64,000 bases of DNA, from NCBI GenBank assembly GCA_963704885.1, contig CAVPIB010000004.1, forward strand, positions 768,001 through 832,000. Direction: 5' to 3'. Below, piece by piece: positions 60,793 through 64,000 of this stretch. The stretch comes from an uncultured Actinomycetes bacterium (GTDB lineage Bacteria > Actinomycetota > UBA4738 > HRBIN12). Within the stretch, counting starts at the first letter, position 1; every line of letters begins with the position of its first letter. The position numbers and the translations under genes were made by a program. The notes beneath the pieces were generated by a model. It had not been told where the DNA came from and did not search any database. It saw only the letters and a list, made by a program, of their open reading frames with translations.

Positions 60793-62070
60793 TCAGGCGG
60801 CGCCGTTGCCCACCCTGGCGTACAGCCGGTAGGTGGTGAACCCCGAGGCGGACCCCGCGTAGGACACGATCCGGGTCTGGGCGTCGACCCAGACGACCGA
60901 GCCCCCCTCGTTGATCCGCTGGTCGGCGGCCGTAGCGCCACGGATGACCGATGGGACCGACCACGCGCCGCCGGACGACTGGCTCCACAAGACCTGGACG
61001 CGCGTCAGACCGGAGCCGGTGTCACAGGAGGCCGAGCGGCACCCGCTCCACACGACCCCCATCGCCCCGGTGGCCCCGATCGCGACCTGGGCGTCGTACC
61101 CGCCGGAGGCGAGACCGGATCCGTTCCCGAAGCGCACCACGCGCTTAGCCGGCTGGAACGATCCGTTCCAGGGGCGGACCCAGAGCCCGGCAGACGTGGT
61201 CCACGCGAACGCGAGCCTGCTCCCGCGTCCGTCGACCGAGGGCGAGCCGCCGTTGGCACCACCACCGGCCGGAGCGAGCGTCGTCACGCGTCGCCACTTG
61301 CGTCCGCCGTTCGTGGAGACCGCCGCGCGAACGGCGCCTGCGGGCGTGGCCAGCCAGACCACACCGATGTTCGAGCCCGCGGCACCGACGCTCGTGAGTC
61401 CCAGACGGCCCTCGCCGCCCGTGTCCAGTCCGCGCGCCTTGCCCAGGACGTGGCGCTTCCACGTCTTGCCGTCGTCCCGGCTCACCGCCAGGCGGACCTC
61501 GCCCGTGTTGGCGTCGGTCCACGAGACGTATACCCGTCCCGCGGAGGCGGCCACCGACGGGGAGTCGACCCGGCCCTTCTGCTTGCTGAGCCGCACGACG
61601 GGACCCCAGGCGCCGGCAGCGCCGGCGCCGTCGTTGACTCGGAGATACAGGATCCTGCGCCCCGACGGGTTCTGGTGGTCGTAGCTCGCGCGCGTCGTCC
61701 ACACGGCGTAGAGGATGCTGCGATCGGCGGCGAGCGCAGCGCGCTCGGCGTGCCGCTTCGGTTGGCTGACCCGGACCGGCGAGCCCCAGTTGATGCCCCG
61801 ATCCTGCGAGGAGGTCAGGAACACTCCTTCATAAGGACCGTGGTCCGTGGCGAACGATCCGCCGACGTGGTCAGTGGTGATGAGTTGGTGAACGGCCAGG
61901 CCGGGACCGGATCCGGTCGCCGCGAGCGACGAGCCCGAGCTCCAGGCCCAGTCGGCCAGGGTGCGCTGGGGCCCCCAGGCGACCGCGGCGGACGCCGAAG
62001 GGACCGACCAGAGTGTGACGACGAGAGCCGTCGTCGACACGGCCGACAGGAAGCGGGAGAGAGCACGCAT
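60793..62070 (-). CDS. Secreted BNR/Asp-box (sialidase-like beta-propeller) protein
   Basis: Signal peptide (ASA-A); Asp boxes SQDRGINW, SRDDGKTW and STNGGRKW. Confidence 0.78.
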   Translation of the reverse strand: MRALSRFLSAVSTTALVVTLWSVPSASAAVAWGPQRTLADWAWSSGSSLAATGSGPGLAVHQLITTDHVGGSFATDHGPYEGVFLTSSQDRGINWGSPVRVSQPKRHAERAALAADRSILYAVWTTRASYDHQNPSGRRILYLRVNDGAGAAGAWGPVVRLSKQKGRVDSPSVAASAGRVYVSWTDANTGEVRLAVSRDDGKTWKRHVLGKARGLDTGGEGRLGLTSVGAAGSNIGVVWLATPAGAVRAAVSTNGGRKWRRVTTLAPAGGGANGGSPSVDGRGSRLAFAWTTSAGLWVRPWNGSFQPAKRVVRFGNGSGLASGGYDAQVAIGATGAMGVVWSGCRSASCDTGSGLTRVQVLWSQSSGGAWSVPSVIRGATAADQRINEGGSVVWVDAQTRIVSYAGSASGFTTYRLYARVGNGAA

Positions 62071-62112
62071 GGTTCGGCCACCTTACCGGCCCGACAGATA
62101 GGCTCGGTTCCG

Positions 62113-63423
62113 ATGTCGGATCACAACCCCCCGCCCGAAGCCGGCGAGCCTTCGATCTCCCGGCGGACGTTCCTCGGCGGGTCACTCGTCCTGGCAGGGG
62201 GCGCCGTGGCGATCGCGGGAGACCAGGCAGCCGCCGAGTCGGGGCCGAAGGCGGAGGCCGCGTGCTCGACGGTCGACGAACGAGGCCTGCGGGTGGCCGT
62301 CCTCACCACCGCCCCTGCCCGCGTCCGCGTCGAGGCGTGGCCCTCTGGCGCCCCGAGAGACGTCGTTCGCAGCCGGTGGCGGCACACCAACGCCGCGGAT
62401 GTGGCCAAGGTCCGCTTGCCGGGCACCGATACCCCCGGGCGCGCATGGAGATGGCGAGCGATCGTGACGGCTCCTGGAGGTGGGCGCGAGGTCACCGACA
62501 GGACCCGTCGGATCCCCCGACGCCCTGCCCCCGGCGAGGCATCTGCATTCACCTTCGCGTTCGGGTCATGCATCCTTCAGAAGCACGCCATCCCGGCCCT
62601 ACGCGTCGCGCTGGAAGCTGAGCCGCAGTTCTTCGCGATGCTCGGCGACCTGGGGTACCAGGACGACCCGGAGCTACACCCCTACGCACAGACCTACGAT
62701 CGATACGCGGAGCTGTTCCGACGGATACTTCGCAGGCGGGACGTGGCTCGACTGCTGGCGGTCACTCCGATCTACGCGGTGCAGGATGACCACGACTACG
62801 GGCAGGACAACGCGTGGCGCGACACCGTCAAGTCCTATGCGGCACAGGCGTACGCGGACGTGATACCAGGAGCGAAGTGGCCGGGCGCCAACTACCGCCG
62901 TTGGTCGATCGGTCAGGTGGACTTCTTCCTTACGGACAACCGTCGCTTCAGGGACCCACCGAACCCGCCGTATCAGAACGGCTCCTACCGCAGTGTTCTA
63001 GGCACGGAGCAACGAACATGGCTGATGGATGGCCTTGCGTCGTCCACGGCACCTCTGAAGGTCGTGTTCATCCCGATGACGATGACATGGTACTGGTCCA
63101 AAGGGGAACGAACCGCAGTCTTGGATTCCATCGCCGACCGGGTCGATGGCACGGTGCTGTTCTGTTCCGGCGACAAGCACGCCGGAGCTTTCGTTCGTCA
63201 CACCGAGCGGGTCTGGGAACTCCTCGCCTCCCCGCTCCAGAACCCCACGAAGCACCGGACACCCGCGAGGCCGGGGGTGGTCTGGACGGAGAACGGTACG
63301 GGACGCGCGCTTTGGAACGTGGTCGGATTGGTGGATGTGGACACCCTCACAGCGCAGACGGCCACGCTCCGACTCGTCCGTGAAGACGGCGAGGAGTTGC
63401 ACAGAGAGATCCTGCAGCTCTAA
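62113..63423 (+). CDS. Tat-exported alkaline phosphatase D (PhoD) family protein
   Basis: SRRTFL signal; FAFGSC, LGDLGY, DDHDY, DNRRFRD, LGTEQ..WL and SGDKH. Confidence 0.85.
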   Translation: MSDHNPPPEAGEPSISRRTFLGGSLVLAGGAVAIAGDQAAAESGPKAEAACSTVDERGLRVAVLTTAPARVRVEAWPSGAPRDVVRSRWRHTNAADVAKVRLPGTDTPGRAWRWRAIVTAPGGGREVTDRTRRIPRRPAPGEASAFTFAFGSCILQKHAIPALRVALEAEPQFFAMLGDLGYQDDPELHPYAQTYDRYAELFRRILRRRDVARLLAVTPIYAVQDDHDYGQDNAWRDTVKSYAAQAYADVIPGAKWPGANYRRWSIGQVDFFLTDNRRFRDPPNPPYQNGSYRSVLGTEQRTWLMDGLASSTAPLKVVFIPMTMTWYWSKGERTAVLDSIADRVDGTVLFCSGDKHAGAFVRHTERVWELLASPLQNPTKHRTPARPGVVWTENGTGRALWNVVGLVDVDTLTAQTATLRLVREDGEELHREILQL

Positions 63424-63719
63424 CCGCGCGGGGTGCGGACGAGCAGCGCTTTCGGTCGGGGTGACGCAAGAGCGGGAACGTGTCGATGACTCGGTAGGCG
63501 ACGCTGAGGGTAGATCCACACGGCGGTCACACCGATGCCCATCTGCAAAGCGAACCACCATGTGAGGTACGACATCACGCCTTGAGTCACCAGGGGCACG
63601 AACGCGAGCAGGTACACAAGAGCCAGAACTCCGGCCGCCCACCTTCTGCGTTCCGATCGGGTTCGAGGATCGCTCACTAGATCCACCCACCTCATCTCAG
63701 GCCGAAACGTGAACTCCAA
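63420..63719 (-). CDS. Hypothetical small membrane protein
   Basis: Two hydrophobic segments; start uncertain. Confidence 0.4.
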   Translation of the reverse strand: MEFTFRPEMRWVDLVSDPRTRSERRRWAAGVLALVYLLAFVPLVTQGVMSYLTWWFALQMGIGVTAVWIYPQRRLPSHRHVPALASPRPKALLVRTPRG

Positions 63720-63787
63720 CAGCCTAGACCGGCAAACCCCTCCGGGTCCCGGAAGCTGCCGGACTTGTTGCTATACCCTCGGAGACC

Positions 63788-64000
63788 GTGAGGATCCTCC
63801 ATGTGAACAAGTTCCTGTATCGGCGGGGTGGCGCCGAGGGCTACATGTTGGACGTCGCCTCACTCCAGGAGCGAGCGGGGCACGAGGTGGCGTTCTTCGC
63901 CATGCGGCACCCCGAGAACCTGGAGGCGCGCTATGAACGATGGTTCCCGTCGCAGATGGACTTCGACCCGGCACCTTCCGAACTGGGAGGGCGCCTCCGC
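63788..64000 (+). CDS. Glycosyltransferase family 4 protein, 5' partial
   Basis: MRILHVNKFLYRRGGAEGYMLDVASLQERAGHEVAFFAMRHPEN, a typical GT4 N-terminus. Confidence 0.85.
   Translation, partial: MRILHVNKFLYRRGGAEGYMLDVASLQERAGHEVAFFAMRHPENLEARYERWFPSQMDFDPAPSELGGRLR

Noticed and set aside
60757-62112. N-terminal 450 aa of the 888-aa ORF 60757-63423
   Set aside because: It is antisense to the BNR-repeat gene; the PhoD protein starts at ATG 62113 with a Tat signal
63725-63770. c-di-GMP-I riboswitch suggested by GGCAAACC
   Set aside because: No GNRA-capped P2 stem or second GCAAA element in the expected arrangement

Overview
GC-rich bacterial chromosomal segment, most consistent with an actinobacterium (actinobacterial-type cbs/metB, FdxC-like ferredoxin, DUF4177, many leaderless-type TANNNT promoters). 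About 55 genes can be supported. Main blocks: sulfur metabolism and a repeat-containing secreted protein (1-5.3 kb); Fe-S, F420 and redox genes plus a GAF/4xPAS histidine kinase (8-15 kb); polyamine/GABA catabolism (15.6-20 kb); a storage locus with cyanophycinase, full cyanophycin synthetase, a second CphA-like protein lacking the ATP-grasp domain, DksA/TraR, otsA and broken otsB/GH15 remnants (21.7-29.6 kb); a cluster resembling serine-cycle genes of methylotrophs (hpr-like, ppc, sga-like, mcl, mtkAB; 31-42 kb), interrupted by a 3-kb two-gene insert flanked by a duplicated hpr 3' end; typA; and a large secreted-protein island (IPT/TIG, TolB-like, three RTX-like Ca-binding proteins) next to a membrane-anchored ECF sigma factor with a shared promoter motif (47-60.7 kb). 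No rRNA, tRNA, CRISPR, integrase or transposase was recognised. Many single-base frameshifts, including one in typA, suggest long-read indel errors, so pseudogene calls are uncertain. All family assignments come from motif recognition by eye; no database searches were run.
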